DNA from: a virus
IMG/VR virus record: IMGVR_UViG_3300048599_000085
Coordinates: 1 to 41,872 of that record
DNA: 41,872 nucleotides
Strand: one strand, 5' to 3'
Numbering within the stretch: position 1 is the stretch's first letter; each line of letters begins with the position of its first letter. The notes beneath the pieces are model-generated. The model was not told the origin of the DNA, did not search any database, and saw nothing but the letters and a program-made list of their open reading frames with translations. This document shows, piece after piece, positions 14,245-24,167 of the stretch. Made by a program: the position numbers and the translations under genes.

Positions 14245-14565
14245 ATGGCTGGACGACCAAAGGGATCGCTCAATAAAGACAAGCCATTTCGTGAGGCTCT
14301 GCGAATGGAGCTCGCCTCTCTCGGGGAAGGTGATCCTAAAGCGCTCAGGTCTCTTGCTCGTAATCTCCTGACAATAGCGGCTACCTCAGAAGGATTGTCA
14401 GCAATTAGGGAAATCGCTGATCGCCTTGATGGTAAGCCTGCTCAGGCCATTATCGGTGGTGACGGCGACGACCCCGCAATCAGCATGATCCATAGGATTG
14501 AGCGAGTTATCGTTGACGCGCAGCTTGCAGATTCCAACAGCGAGGATATTCCGGCCGCTTCTTGA
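14245..14565 (+). CDS. terS: putative terminase small subunit
   Basis: 106 aa immediately upstream of and overlapping TerL. Motif AIREIADRLDGKPAQ is typical of small terminase N-terminal domains. Confidence 0.55.
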   Translation: MAGRPKGSLNKDKPFREALRMELASLGEGDPKALRSLARNLLTIAATSEGLSAIREIADRLDGKPAQAIIGGDGDDPAISMIHRIERVIVDAQLADSNSEDIPAAS

Positions 14566-15805
14566 TCCGTCACGCTACAAGGCGGCGTTCGGCGGGCGCG
14601 GCAGCGGAAAGTCTCAGTTCTTCGCAGATATGCTGATCGAGGATAGTCTGTACGAGAAAGGGCTTCGGTCGGTCTGTATCCGCGAGGTGCAGAAGTCGCT
14701 CAAGGATTCAGCCAAGCGGCTTATAGAGGACAAGCTATCGAACAACCGGCTTGGCGAGGCCGATGGGTTCAAGGTCTTTCGTGAAGTGATCGAGACGCCA
14801 GGCGGCGGCGTTATCATTTTCCAAGGGATGCAGGATCACACGGCGGAATCCATCAAGTCGCTTGAAGGCTTCAAGCGTGCATGGTGCGAGGAAGCGCAAA
14901 CATTAAGCGCGCGGTCTCTGTCATTGCTTCGCCCGACGATCCGCGTTGACGGGTCCGAGCTATGGTTTTCGTGGAACCCGCGTCGGAAGAACGACCCCGT
15001 CGACATGCTGTTGCGTGGTGACAGCACGCCAACAAATTCAAGAGTTGTCCGCGCCAATTGGTCAGATAATCCATGGTTCCCAAAAGTGCTTGATCAGGAG
15101 CGGCTTGATTGCCTTCGTGATAATCCGGATCAATACAATCACATCTGGGAGGGCGATTACGCTGGCGTTGTCAGCGGCGCATATTACGCCGCATGTTTGA
15201 CAGAGGCGAGGGCAAAGGGCCGGATTGGCAAGGTATCGGCTGATCCGCTGATGACATATCGGGCGTTCTTCGACATTGGCGGCACGGGCGCAAGGGCGGA
15301 CGCGGTCGCAATCTGGATCGCGCAATTCGTCGGGCGCGAAATCAGGGTGCTCGATTATTATGAGGCTGTTGGCCAGCCGCTCGCAACGCATGTGACATGG
15401 CTGCGAGCGAATGGATACGGCAACGCGCTGATTGTCCTGCCGCACGACGGAACAACGCAGGACAAGGTTTTTGACGTGTCCTATGAGAGCGCGTTTCGTG
15501 ACGCCGGTTTTGATACCGTCGTTATCCCTAACCAGGGCAAGGGCGCCGCGTCGATGCGGATTGAATCCGGTCGACGGCTGTTTCCGTCGATATGGTTCAA
15601 TGAGGAAACGACGACGGCGGGGATCGATGCATTGGGCTGGTATCACGAGCGCAGGGACGAAACCCGCAACATCGGCCTTGGGCCGAACCATGACTTTTCG
15701 TCTCACGGCGCGGATGCATTCGGTTTGATGTGTATCGCCTATGAAGCGCCGAACGACGAACCCGTGAGGCGTCGTCGACAAGCCTCGGGCTGGATGAGCG
15801 CATAA
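14498..15805 (+). CDS. terL: terminase large subunit
   Basis: Walker A GGRGSGKS; ..VCIREVQKSLKDS..; nuclease-half motifs (FFDIGGTGARADAVAIW, HDFSSHGADAF). No in-frame ATG near the 5' end, so the start is uncertain (TTG at 14498, 14513 or 14525). Confidence 0.85.
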   Translation: MSELSLTRSLQIPTARIFRPLLDPSRYKAAFGGRGSGKSQFFADMLIEDSLYEKGLRSVCIREVQKSLKDSAKRLIEDKLSNNRLGEADGFKVFREVIETPGGGVIIFQGMQDHTAESIKSLEGFKRAWCEEAQTLSARSLSLLRPTIRVDGSELWFSWNPRRKNDPVDMLLRGDSTPTNSRVVRANWSDNPWFPKVLDQERLDCLRDNPDQYNHIWEGDYAGVVSGAYYAACLTEARAKGRIGKVSADPLMTYRAFFDIGGTGARADAVAIWIAQFVGREIRVLDYYEAVGQPLATHVTWLRANGYGNALIVLPHDGTTQDKVFDVSYESAFRDAGFDTVVIPNQGKGAASMRIESGRRLFPSIWFNEETTTAGIDALGWYHERRDETRNIGLGPNHDFSSHGADAFGLMCIAYEAPNDEPVRRRRQASGWMSA

Positions 15806-15808
15806 TTC

Positions 15809-18046
15809 ATGTCAGATGAAATCTTGGACAACGTCGGCGGCGAAACCGGCGAACGCAAAGCCGTGTCCAAATCTGACTGGGATGACGTTCACGCGCGGGC
15901 TATGGAGGAGTATGCGCGTGATTATGAGCATGATCGCCGTAACATCGAAATGGCTTATGCCGACTTGGCATTCCGCCGCGGCGAGATTGAGGACCAGTGG
16001 GACCCGCAGGCGCTGAAAGCGCGTCAAGGCCGCCCAACGCATGTGCTCAATCAGATACCGCAGTTTGTCCGGCAGGTGACCGGCGACATGCGGCAGGCAA
16101 AGCCTGGGATCAAGGTCATCCCGGTTGATAGCGTGGCCGATCCGAAGACCGCCGACGTTCTGGCTGGCATGGTCCGCTACATTGAGAACAGGTCTTACGC
16201 GCAAAGTGTCTACACGCAGGCCGCCGACAGTCAGGTGACATGCGGGGTCGGCCATTGGCGCGTCACCACGGAATACGCGAGTTCGACGACGTTCAATCAG
16301 GAGATCAGAATTGCATCAATCAGCGATGGCGTAGCGGTTATCTGGGATGCTGATGCTATCCTGCCGACGCGCGAAGATGCAATGCACTGTTTTGTGCCGG
16401 TCGATATGTCACGCGCCAAGTTCAAGCAGCAATGGCCGAACGCGCGCTACGAGGGATTCGAGATCAAAGAAGGCCAGCCGTTTTATGACTGGCATGGCGA
16501 CGATTTTATTCGTGTCGCGGAATATTGGATCAAGAAGCCGATCAAGCGTCTTCTTGCGATGTCACCGGATGGCGCTGTTGTCGATCTGACGGACGATATC
16601 AAAGGCCAGAGCAAGGATGTGATTGCGGCATCGATTGCGCAGGCGCAGCAGAATGGCGTTCGGATCGAGTGGCGCGACAGCTTCAAGGTGGTCCAATACA
16701 AGATCACCTGCGCGGAGATTCTTGAAGAAAACGAGTGGCCTGGGCTTCATATCCCGATTGTGCCTATTCTTGGCGAAGAAGTTTGCATCGGCCGCAACGT
16801 CTATCGGCACGGCATGGTGCGCTACGCCAAAGAGCCGCAGCGCATGTTGAATTACTATGCCTCCGCAGAAACAGAAGTGATTGCGCTACAGCCGAAGGCG
16901 CCGTGGATCGGAACGCGAAAGCATTTTGAGAAGAACTATGATATCTGGGAAACGGCGAATACGGAAAATCATCCGTTCCTGGAATACACGCCGGACGCAT
17001 CTGCGCCGGGCGGACCGCAGCGTGTCCCGCCTCCCGTCGCGTCGCAGGCCATTCAGCTAGGACGCCAGCAGGCCGCCGACAGCATCCGGGCTGTGATTGG
17101 TATCTATGACGCCTCTCTTGGTGCGCGGTCGAATGAGACCAGCGGGATTGCCATTCGCCGGCGCGATGCTCAGGCTGACACGGGTACGTTTGTTTACCAC
17201 GCGAACTTTTCTCTGGGCATCCAGCGTACCGGGCAGATCATCGTTGATCTTATCCCGCATATTTACGATGCGCAGCGCACGGTTCGGATTGTTGGGTTCG
17301 ACGGCAAACAGGAAACGACGGATATCAATAAACCTACGATGCGCGACGGACATGAGATCGTTGAGAATGATGTGACTGTCGGATCGTATGACGTGGTGAT
17401 TGTCGCCGGCCCGAGCTACGCTTCGCGCCGCGAGGAAGCCAGCGACGGTATTACCGCGTTCTTGCAGGCGTACCCGCCAGCCGCTCCGGTATTGGGCGAT
17501 ATCTATGCCAAGATGCAGGACTGGCCGGACGCTGAGGAAATAGGCGAGCGGTTAGAAACGCTGTTGCCGCCTGCCATCAAGGCGCGGCTTAAAGAGCGTG
17601 AGCGCGATCCAAATGCGCCTCAGGAGCCGCCGTCGCCGGATGAGCAGCAGGCCGCGCAGGAGGCTGAGATCAAGCAACGCGCAGTTATGATCGAGCTTGA
17701 AGGCAAGGAGCTTGATAACCAGCAGAAGCGCGTCGAAATAGCCGCCAAGGCACAGGAGGTTCAAAACCCCGGCATCGCTGATCAGTCCGCCGCGATCAAG
17801 GCTCATGCCGAGATGGCGAAGGCAGAGAACGACGCGCGCATGGCTGAGCTTGAATATCAGGCAAAGCAGATCGAGCTTGAACAGAAGCAGCGCATGGCTG
17901 CTGTCGAGCTTGAAATCAAGATGGTCGAGCTTGATGCAAAGCGGGCTGGCGTTATGCATTCGCGCGAGCGTCACGAAACACAGATGTATCACGACGCTGA
18001 GCGTCATGTGCAGGAGCAGGAACGCGAGTTAGAGCCTGCCGAATAG
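15809..18046 (+). CDS. portal protein with long C-terminal coiled-coil (P22-like barrel)
   Basis: 745 aa immediately after TerL. The C-terminal ~130 aa are a heptad-rich E/K/Q/A helix. Size and position match P22 gp1 (725 aa). Confidence 0.8.
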   Translation: MSDEILDNVGGETGERKAVSKSDWDDVHARAMEEYARDYEHDRRNIEMAYADLAFRRGEIEDQWDPQALKARQGRPTHVLNQIPQFVRQVTGDMRQAKPGIKVIPVDSVADPKTADVLAGMVRYIENRSYAQSVYTQAADSQVTCGVGHWRVTTEYASSTTFNQEIRIASISDGVAVIWDADAILPTREDAMHCFVPVDMSRAKFKQQWPNARYEGFEIKEGQPFYDWHGDDFIRVAEYWIKKPIKRLLAMSPDGAVVDLTDDIKGQSKDVIAASIAQAQQNGVRIEWRDSFKVVQYKITCAEILEENEWPGLHIPIVPILGEEVCIGRNVYRHGMVRYAKEPQRMLNYYASAETEVIALQPKAPWIGTRKHFEKNYDIWETANTENHPFLEYTPDASAPGGPQRVPPPVASQAIQLGRQQAADSIRAVIGIYDASLGARSNETSGIAIRRRDAQADTGTFVYHANFSLGIQRTGQIIVDLIPHIYDAQRTVRIVGFDGKQETTDINKPTMRDGHEIVENDVTVGSYDVVIVAGPSYASRREEASDGITAFLQAYPPAAPVLGDIYAKMQDWPDAEEIGERLETLLPPAIKARLKERERDPNAPQEPPSPDEQQAAQEAEIKQRAVMIELEGKELDNQQKRVEIAAKAQEVQNPGIADQSAAIKAHAEMAKAENDARMAELEYQAKQIELEQKQRMAAVELEIKMVELDAKRAGVMHSRERHETQMYHDAERHVQEQERELEPAE

Positions 18047-18090
18047 GTCATCCGATGGCTGGCGCATGACGCGCCGGACGCGATGAGAGC

Positions 18091-18113
18091 GCCGCCTTAG
18101 GGCGGCTTTTTTT
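18091..18113 (+). terminator. intrinsic terminator after the portal gene
   Basis: GCCGCC-TTAG-GGCGGC followed by TTTTTTT. Confidence 0.65.
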
Positions 18114-18956
18114 ATGGGAAAACCAATGGCTGACGAAACCACGCTGGCGGCACCGCCGGGCGATGAAATCGTGAATCTCGATCAGGCGGAAGAAGCCTCG
18201 ACGGGGGTTGAAACAAAGCCTGACGATACGGAATCGGAAAAGGCGGAAAGCGCTGGCGACAATGCCGGTGATGATGCCAGCGCCGATGACGACAAGCCAA
18301 AGAAGCTATCCGGTTCTCGCCGCGAGAAACTTCGCAATGAGGTATTGCGGCGCGAGAATGCCGCACTGATGGAGCGCCTTGAGCAGATTGAGCGCGCGCA
18401 GAAGGAAAGTCAGGCGGGAGCGGATAAAGAGCCGCAGGAGGCTGATTTTAACGGCGATATCTTCGCCTATGAGCGGGCAATCAACGCCTACAACACGCGG
18501 AAGATAATCCGTGAGGAAAATTCGCTGGCGGATCAGCGCCGGTCGGGAGCAGAGCGAAACGACGCATGGCGAGATGCTGTCGTTGCTCACGAGGAGCGCG
18601 TCGAGGAAGCGCGAGAAGGTATCACAGACTACGACCAGGTTCTGGCGTCATCGCGAACGCCGGTTAATCCGGAAGTAGGTCGTGAGATTATCGCGTCCGA
18701 CAAGAGCGCTTTGCTTTCGTACTACCTCGCCAAAAACCCTGACAAGTTGCAGGCCCTGAACGGCATGACCGGAAAGGAGCTGGCCCGCGAGATCGGCCGG
18801 CTTGAAGGTGCTGTTCGCATGCCTGCGTCAAATCGAAAAACCAATGCTCCGTCTCCGATCCAGCCTTTGAAGGGTGGCGCAGCGCCTGCATTCGATCCGT
18901 CGAAATCATCGATGGAAGATTACATCGCAAAGCGAACTTCAGGTTGGAGCGGCTAG
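18114..18956 (+). CDS. scaffolding protein
   Basis: 280 aa, acidic and helical with low complexity, located between the portal and coat genes (P22 gp8 position). An alternative ATG is at 18126. Confidence 0.6.
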   Translation: MGKPMADETTLAAPPGDEIVNLDQAEEASTGVETKPDDTESEKAESAGDNAGDDASADDDKPKKLSGSRREKLRNEVLRRENAALMERLEQIERAQKESQAGADKEPQEADFNGDIFAYERAINAYNTRKIIREENSLADQRRSGAERNDAWRDAVVAHEERVEEAREGITDYDQVLASSRTPVNPEVGREIIASDKSALLSYYLAKNPDKLQALNGMTGKELAREIGRLEGAVRMPASNRKTNAPSPIQPLKGGAAPAFDPSKSSMEDYIAKRTSGWSG

Positions 18957-19044
18957 GAGCCGATCCAAACCAGCTTGCCCGTCGTGATGACGCGCAGCCC
19001 AGAGCGGCACGCAGTGATGCGCCCCGCCAGAAGGACCTTAAAAC

Positions 19045-20301
19045 ATGGCTACCAATACCACTCTGACCGCCGATATCATCGCGCGGGAAGCACTGATGCA
19101 TCTCGACAACAACCTTGTGTTCGCGAAGCAGGTTTATCGCGGATACGAAAACGAGTTCTCCAAGAAGGTCAACGGCTACGAAGTGGGGGAAACCATTTCG
19201 ATTCGCCGCCCGACTGACTTCACGGTTCGCACCAACGCCACCATGGCGACGCAGGATGTGACCGAGGGCAAGGTTGCGCTGACCGTCAATCAGCGCCGCG
19301 GCGTGGACTTTGAGTTCACCTCGCAGGACCTGACCCTCAATATCGGTGAACTTGGCGAGCGTGTCATCAAGCCCGCGATGATCCAGCTTGCGAACTCTGT
19401 CGATACGTTCCTGTCGAGAATGTATGCCAGCGTTCCGAACTGGGTCGGCACCTCGACGAAGAAAATCGGCTCTTATGCCGACTTCGCCAAGGCTCCGGAG
19501 CGTCTTGACGAATTGGCCGTCCCGCAGGACACCCGTTCTGCCATCCTGTCTCCGTCGGATCATTGGGCTTTGCTCGGCTCCCAGACCAGTCTCTACATTC
19601 AGGATGCCGCGAAGGGCGCTTATCGCAAGGGCTCGCTGGGTGAAATCGGTGGCGTTGATACGCTCATGTCTCAGAACGTGTTGACGCATACCGCCGGCAC
19701 TCGCACGAACGCTCTGATTGACCAGTCGCTGACGACGGCGACTGTCAGCTATGCGACCGTCAAGGATACGATGACCCAGACCATTCATATGGATGGTCTG
19801 GGCACGACCAAGACCGTCAAGAAGGGTGACGTGTTCACCATCGCCGACGTGTACGCCGTCAATCCGGTGACGAAAGCGCCGCTTCCGTTCCTGAAACAGT
19901 TTGTTGTCGTGTCGGATGTTTCCTCTGACGCGGTGACCACTGGCGACGCGGATGTCGTCGTGTATCCGGCCCTGATCTGGACCGGTGCATTCCAGAACGT
20001 GGCGGTTACGTCGGGCGTCACCGATCTCAATGACAAGGTGGTAACCTGGTTCTCGGCAGCGGGCGCCCAGGATCGTCAGAACCTGGTGTTCCACAAGAAC
20101 GCCTTCGCTCTGGTGATGGTCCCGCTTGTCAAGCCGCCGGGCGCGGTTGACGTGTCTCGTCAGTCCTACAAGGGGACCAGTGTGCGCGTCATTCCGGTCT
20201 ATGACGGCACGAACGACGTATCCAAGTGGCGTCTGGATATCCTGTTCGGCGGCGCTGCGATCGATCCGCGTCTTGCCACGCGCATCAACGGATCGGCCTG
20301 A
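19045..20301 (+). CDS. major capsid protein, P22 coat (gp5)-like
   Basis: 418 aa. N-terminus IIAREALMHLDNNLVFAKQVYRGYENEF..GETISIRRP is typical of the P22_CoatProtein family. Followed by a strong hairpin. Confidence 0.8.
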   Translation: MATNTTLTADIIAREALMHLDNNLVFAKQVYRGYENEFSKKVNGYEVGETISIRRPTDFTVRTNATMATQDVTEGKVALTVNQRRGVDFEFTSQDLTLNIGELGERVIKPAMIQLANSVDTFLSRMYASVPNWVGTSTKKIGSYADFAKAPERLDELAVPQDTRSAILSPSDHWALLGSQTSLYIQDAAKGAYRKGSLGEIGGVDTLMSQNVLTHTAGTRTNALIDQSLTTATVSYATVKDTMTQTIHMDGLGTTKTVKKGDVFTIADVYAVNPVTKAPLPFLKQFVVVSDVSSDAVTTGDADVVVYPALIWTGAFQNVAVTSGVTDLNDKVVTWFSAAGAQDRQNLVFHKNAFALVMVPLVKPPGAVDVSRQSYKGTSVRVIPVYDGTNDVSKWRLDILFGGAAIDPRLATRINGSA

Positions 20302-20318
20302 TCCTCATCTTGCCAACA

Positions 20319-20349
20319 GCGACGGCCTACGGGCCGTCGCCTCTTTGTG
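20319..20349 (+). terminator. hairpin / partial terminator after the coat gene
   Basis: Perfect 9-bp stem GCGACGGCC-TACG-GGCCGTCGC followed by CTCTTTGTG, a weak U-tract. Confidence 0.5.
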
Positions 20350-20359
20350 AGGGCATGCC

Positions 20360-20734
20360 ATGTCAAAGACCGCTGATGATTTGGTTTACGAGGCGGCGGC
20401 CATTCTTGGCAAGAATGTTGCCGGTGAATCGCTCGGCAATGTCGAATATCAGACGATCAGCGCGGAGGTTGACAACACCATCGCGACAATCAGCAATATC
20501 ATTTACCTCGATAAAGACGATATCCCTGACAGGCTTTTCAGTGCGGTTGCCGATATCGTCGCGTCGTTCGCGGCGGCTAAATTCAGTCAGCAGAAGCTTG
20601 ACCCGTCGTCGATTGAGGTTTTGGAAAACAGGCTTCGCTACCTTGTCGCGCCAGAACGGACGCGAAAAACGCTGGCGATTGATCCGGGCCTAAGCCCGTA
20701 CCGTCGCAACTATTACGGCGGTTATCACGGATGA
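20360..20734 (+). CDS. virion protein, possible head-completion/adaptor (gp4 position)
   Basis: 124 aa. Call is by position only, between the coat and gp10-like genes, with ATGA coupling to the next gene. Confidence 0.45.
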   Translation: MSKTADDLVYEAAAILGKNVAGESLGNVEYQTISAEVDNTIATISNIIYLDKDDIPDRLFSAVADIVASFAAAKFSQQKLDPSSIEVLENRLRYLVAPERTRKTLAIDPGLSPYRRNYYGGYHG

Positions 20735-22149
20735 CAGCCGTTCCGTTCCCGCTCCTGTCATCGCCGGGAAAACATCCGCAGGCGTCTGGCGGGCGGCTGA
20801 TTAACTGCTATCCAGAAAAACTAAGCGGGACTGCCGGTCAACCGTATGCCTATTGGCGATGCGCTGGCCTTGTCGGGTTCGGAACAGCCGCATCCGGTGC
20901 CTATCGTGGTGCGCTCGTTGTCGGAAACTCGCTCTATGCCGTATTTGGCGACAAGGCATACAGTTTTTTATCGAGCGGAGGAGCAGGAGAGCAGTTAACC
21001 GGAACCGTGCCCGGGACAGCTCCCGTTATCATGGCACGCGACAATGCAGCGACGCCGCATATTGTGATTGTCTCCCCCGGCGATGGAGCGGTTGTCATTT
21101 CTGGGACGGCAGTATCGTCTTATCCTGACATTGACGTCGGTCAACCGAACGCCGTTGCCTATCTGCGCGGCGCGTTTCACTTCACCTACGGCGACGGCAA
21201 GGTCCGAAATTCGGACACCAACTCGCTTAGTATCAACACATTGAGCGTAGCTGCGGCGGAGAGTAAGCCGGACGCGCTTTACAGGCCGATCCCTCTCGGA
21301 AACGGTCAACTGTTGCTCTGTGGCACATCATCAATTGAGGTGTGGGGCGGGCAGGTCAACGATACCGGATACCTGTTTAACTATATCGCGACCATTGCCC
21401 GCGGAATTGTTGGTCCATACGCCGTCGCAGGCCATGACGATGGGTGGGGAAAAGGGATTTATTTCATAGGAGACGATTTCCGCGTCTCGCGCCTTGACGG
21501 CTACACGCCTGTTGCCGTGTCTCCTGCGGAGCTTGATCTTCGCATTGAGCGCGAGACCGATAAAGCGGCCATTCAAGTGTGTGTGTATGTCGCGCAGGGG
21601 CACGGCTTTGTCGTGGTCAGCGGAACTGACTGGTGTTGGGAGTTCGATACGACGCTTGAAAGCTGGCATGAGCGGCAGAGCTACGGCCAGAAAAAATGGC
21701 GCGGGCTGTTCCCGGTCAAGGCTTTCGACAAATGGATTTGCGGGGATGCCTTATCCAGCAGTCTTCTTGAGATTTCGGGGGACGCTCAGGACGAGATCGG
21801 CAATCCGCTGCGCATGCGGATCGAGACCGGTCCGATTGGTGGATTTCCGAGTGTGCTTCGGATCAACGGCATTGAGCTTTACCTGACGACGGGTGTCGGC
21901 ATCGCGACTGGAAACGATCCAGTCCAGACAGAACCGGACGTTGAAATTTCAATGTCACGCGATAGCGGCCAGACATGGGCTGATCCCCGCGTGTTGAAAG
22001 TCGGGCGTCAGTCTCTGACGGGAGGACGTATCCGATCGTCGATTTGGGGGCAGGCTGACGTGAAGGGCGTCCGTTGGCGGTTTGACCAATCCAGCAATGT
22101 CCCGTTCGGCTTCATGGGAGCCGACATGCAAGCGGACGTGCTGCGCTGA
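20731..22149 (+). CDS. P22 gp10-like packaged-DNA stabilisation / tail hub protein
   Basis: 472 aa, the same length as P22 gp10. Recognisable blocks: RLINCYPE.., CGTSSIEVWGG vs FGSSTIEYFSL, IARGIVGPYAVAG vs VQKGIAGTYCKTP (recalled from memory, not aligned computationally). Confidence 0.6.
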   Translation: MTAVPFPLLSSPGKHPQASGGRLINCYPEKLSGTAGQPYAYWRCAGLVGFGTAASGAYRGALVVGNSLYAVFGDKAYSFLSSGGAGEQLTGTVPGTAPVIMARDNAATPHIVIVSPGDGAVVISGTAVSSYPDIDVGQPNAVAYLRGAFHFTYGDGKVRNSDTNSLSINTLSVAAAESKPDALYRPIPLGNGQLLLCGTSSIEVWGGQVNDTGYLFNYIATIARGIVGPYAVAGHDDGWGKGIYFIGDDFRVSRLDGYTPVAVSPAELDLRIERETDKAAIQVCVYVAQGHGFVVVSGTDWCWEFDTTLESWHERQSYGQKKWRGLFPVKAFDKWICGDALSSSLLEISGDAQDEIGNPLRMRIETGPIGGFPSVLRINGIELYLTTGVGIATGNDPVQTEPDVEISMSRDSGQTWADPRVLKVGRQSLTGGRIRSSIWGQADVKGVRWRFDQSSNVPFGFMGADMQADVLR

Positions 22150-22607
22150 TGGCCAGAACGATTACAATTCCATCCGCGGCAGAGCAGTTTCTCATGCCGG
22201 ATGGGGCGATTAATCCGAACTGGTACCTTGTTCTGAAGTTCCTTGAGACGCTCCAGCCGTTGTCGGACCTTCCTTTCGGAACGAAATCGAACGTCGTTCG
22301 CGCCGTTAACGCACAGACTGGAACGAGCTACACATTCGCTAAAACAGATAGCGGAAATGCGTGCACCTTCAACAATGCGGCGGCTACGACCGTAACCGTC
22401 CCGCCAAATTCCTCTGTTGCCTTCGATATCGGGACGCAGATCGACGCCGTTCAGATCGGCGCGGGCAAGGTCACATTCGCTCAGGGCTCCGGAGTGACTA
22501 TCCATTCGATCGATTCCAACAAGGCGATATCTGCGCGATACGGAGCGGCGACCTTGCTGAAGATCGCGACGGATGAGTGGGTCTTGTTCGGCTCTCTCGA
22601 TACATGA
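22149..22607 (+). CDS. hypothetical virion protein
   Basis: 152-aa ORF coupled on both sides within the structural operon. Confidence 0.5.
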   Translation: MARTITIPSAAEQFLMPDGAINPNWYLVLKFLETLQPLSDLPFGTKSNVVRAVNAQTGTSYTFAKTDSGNACTFNNAAATTVTVPPNSSVAFDIGTQIDAVQIGAGKVTFAQGSGVTIHSIDSNKAISARYGAATLLKIATDEWVLFGSLDT

Positions 22608-23458
22608 CGCATTTCAGCTTTGGTGCAGCGTCGCAGGTGAGGAAGTTTATCACCGCGACGGGCGGCACCGTCACGACAGACGGCAAGTACAAAGTCCACC
22701 GGTTCACCGGGAACGGAACGTTCGTCATCACGGACGCGCCTAGCAGCGCGACGGTTGAATATCTGATTGTCGCCGGCGGTGGCTCGGGAGGTGGCGGGGC
22801 CTATACCGGAAGCGGAAGTAATGCTGGCGGCGGCGGCGGAGGGGCTGGTGGGCTTCTGTCAGGAACGATGCCGGTTTCGGTTGGGAGCTATCCGGCTGTT
22901 GTCGGAAGCGGCGGTGCTCAAGCGTCAGCCCAAGGGGGAGTTCCTGGGAATACAGGTGGCAATTCTTCCTTCAACGGCTTGACGGCCCTTGGTGGCGGCG
23001 GCGGGGCTGGCGGAGGAACGACTACCGGTAAATCCGGAGGCTCTGGCGGTGGCGCTATCGGGAGTGGCTCTGGTGGCGCTGGCACAGCGGGGCAGGGCTA
23101 CGCGGGCGGAACAGCGTCCGGCAACGGGCAGGGCGGCGGCGGCGGGGCTGGCAGCGTCGGGGGTAACGGATCGTCCGGCACGGGCGGCACCGGCGGGACT
23201 GGCTTCGACAGTTCGATTACGGGGTCCATGGTGAACTACGCAGCGGGCGGCGGCGGCGCTGCATATGCGAGCGGGACCCCCGGCGCGGCCGGTGGGGCAA
23301 GCGCCGGTGTGGGCAGCGCTGGCATTGGCGGTGGGGGAGACGGTGTCGCAAACACCGGTGGCGGCGGAGGTGGTGGTTTTGGGCCATCTTCTGTCTCCTT
23401 TTTCCCAGGCGGCGCGGGCGGCTCCGGTGTCGTGATTATCCGATACAGATTTCAATAG
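22604..23458 (+). CDS. glycine-rich domain virion/fibre protein
   Basis: Preferred ATG at 22604 (ATGA overlap). GKYKVHRFTGNGTFVI...VEYLIVAGGGSGGGG.. followed by long GGxGG tracts, ending GGAGGSGVVIIRYRFQ. Confidence 0.6.
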   Translation: MTHFSFGAASQVRKFITATGGTVTTDGKYKVHRFTGNGTFVITDAPSSATVEYLIVAGGGSGGGGAYTGSGSNAGGGGGGAGGLLSGTMPVSVGSYPAVVGSGGAQASAQGGVPGNTGGNSSFNGLTALGGGGGAGGGTTTGKSGGSGGGAIGSGSGGAGTAGQGYAGGTASGNGQGGGGGAGSVGGNGSSGTGGTGGTGFDSSITGSMVNYAAGGGGAAYASGTPGAAGGASAGVGSAGIGGGGDGVANTGGGGGGGFGPSSVSFFPGGAGGSGVVIIRYRFQ

Positions 23459-23466
23459 GTGGCGAC

Positions 23467-24153
23467 ATGGCATCATTTCTGAGCACGTTGTTCGGTGGCG
23501 GGGCTGAAAAGGAAGCTGCGGAGAAAAACCGCGCCGCGCTTGGGACCTATCAGACACAAGGGCTTGGCGCGCTCGATAGCGGCCTTGCATCGTCGAAGGG
23601 ATACCTCGACAACGCCGGCTCGATCTATTCCGGGCTACAGGACAAGTACGGCGCCGGGACGAAGCTCTATCTCGATGCGCTCGGCGTCAATGGCCCGGAT
23701 GCAGCGAAGGACGCGCAATCCTCGTTCACGACGTCGCCAGGCTACGATGCAGGCATTGACGCTGGTATGTCGGCAATCAATCGCCGTCGCGCCGGGGCCG
23801 GGATGCTGGATAGCGGCAATGCCGATCAGGACGCGATGACGTTCGCGCAGAACGCTCAGAACCAGCAATATAATAACTGGCTTTCAAATCTTGGCGGACT
23901 GATCAACCCTGAAGTTGCGTCGGCATCGGGAACGGCGGGGAATATGACGAACCTGTCGAATCTTTATCAGAACGATGCGAGCAACCGTATCGGCCTCTAC
24001 GGCAATGTCGCATCCGGGAATATCGGCGCGAACAATTTGCAGGCGCAGGGCGCATCCCAAGGCGCGCGAAACCTGCTCGGCGGCGCGCTGTCACTCGCCG
24101 GGCTTGGTACGAATATCTTTACCGGCGGCGGCGGTTCTAGCCTGTTTAAGTAA
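23467..24153 (+). CDS. putative internal/ejection protein (gp7 position and size)
   Basis: 228 aa, G/A/N/Q-rich. Positional analogy to P22 gp7 (229 aa) only. Confidence 0.4.
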   Translation: MASFLSTLFGGGAEKEAAEKNRAALGTYQTQGLGALDSGLASSKGYLDNAGSIYSGLQDKYGAGTKLYLDALGVNGPDAAKDAQSSFTTSPGYDAGIDAGMSAINRRRAGAGMLDSGNADQDAMTFAQNAQNQQYNNWLSNLGGLINPEVASASGTAGNMTNLSNLYQNDASNRIGLYGNVASGNIGANNLQAQGASQGARNLLGGALSLAGLGTNIFTGGGGSSLFK

Positions 24154-24167
24154 TAAGAGGTGACATA

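Noticed and set aside
15062-15781. 239-aa minus-strand ORF inside terL; similar antisense ORFs at 22925..23590 (-), 31367..31804 (-), 37906..38715 (+), 13004..13690 (+) and 3619..4095 (N-terminal extension)
   Set aside because: All overlap genes with recognisable domains or operon coupling. They have Arg/Pro/Ser-rich low-complexity translations and no ribosome-binding sites.
18688-20094. 468-aa minus-strand ORF, the longest antisense ORF in the window
   Set aside because: It lies entirely antisense to the scaffold and coat genes and has an R/G/H-rich junk composition. This is typical of stop-poor antisense frames in 60% GC DNA, and the + strand products have clear P22-coat-like motifs.
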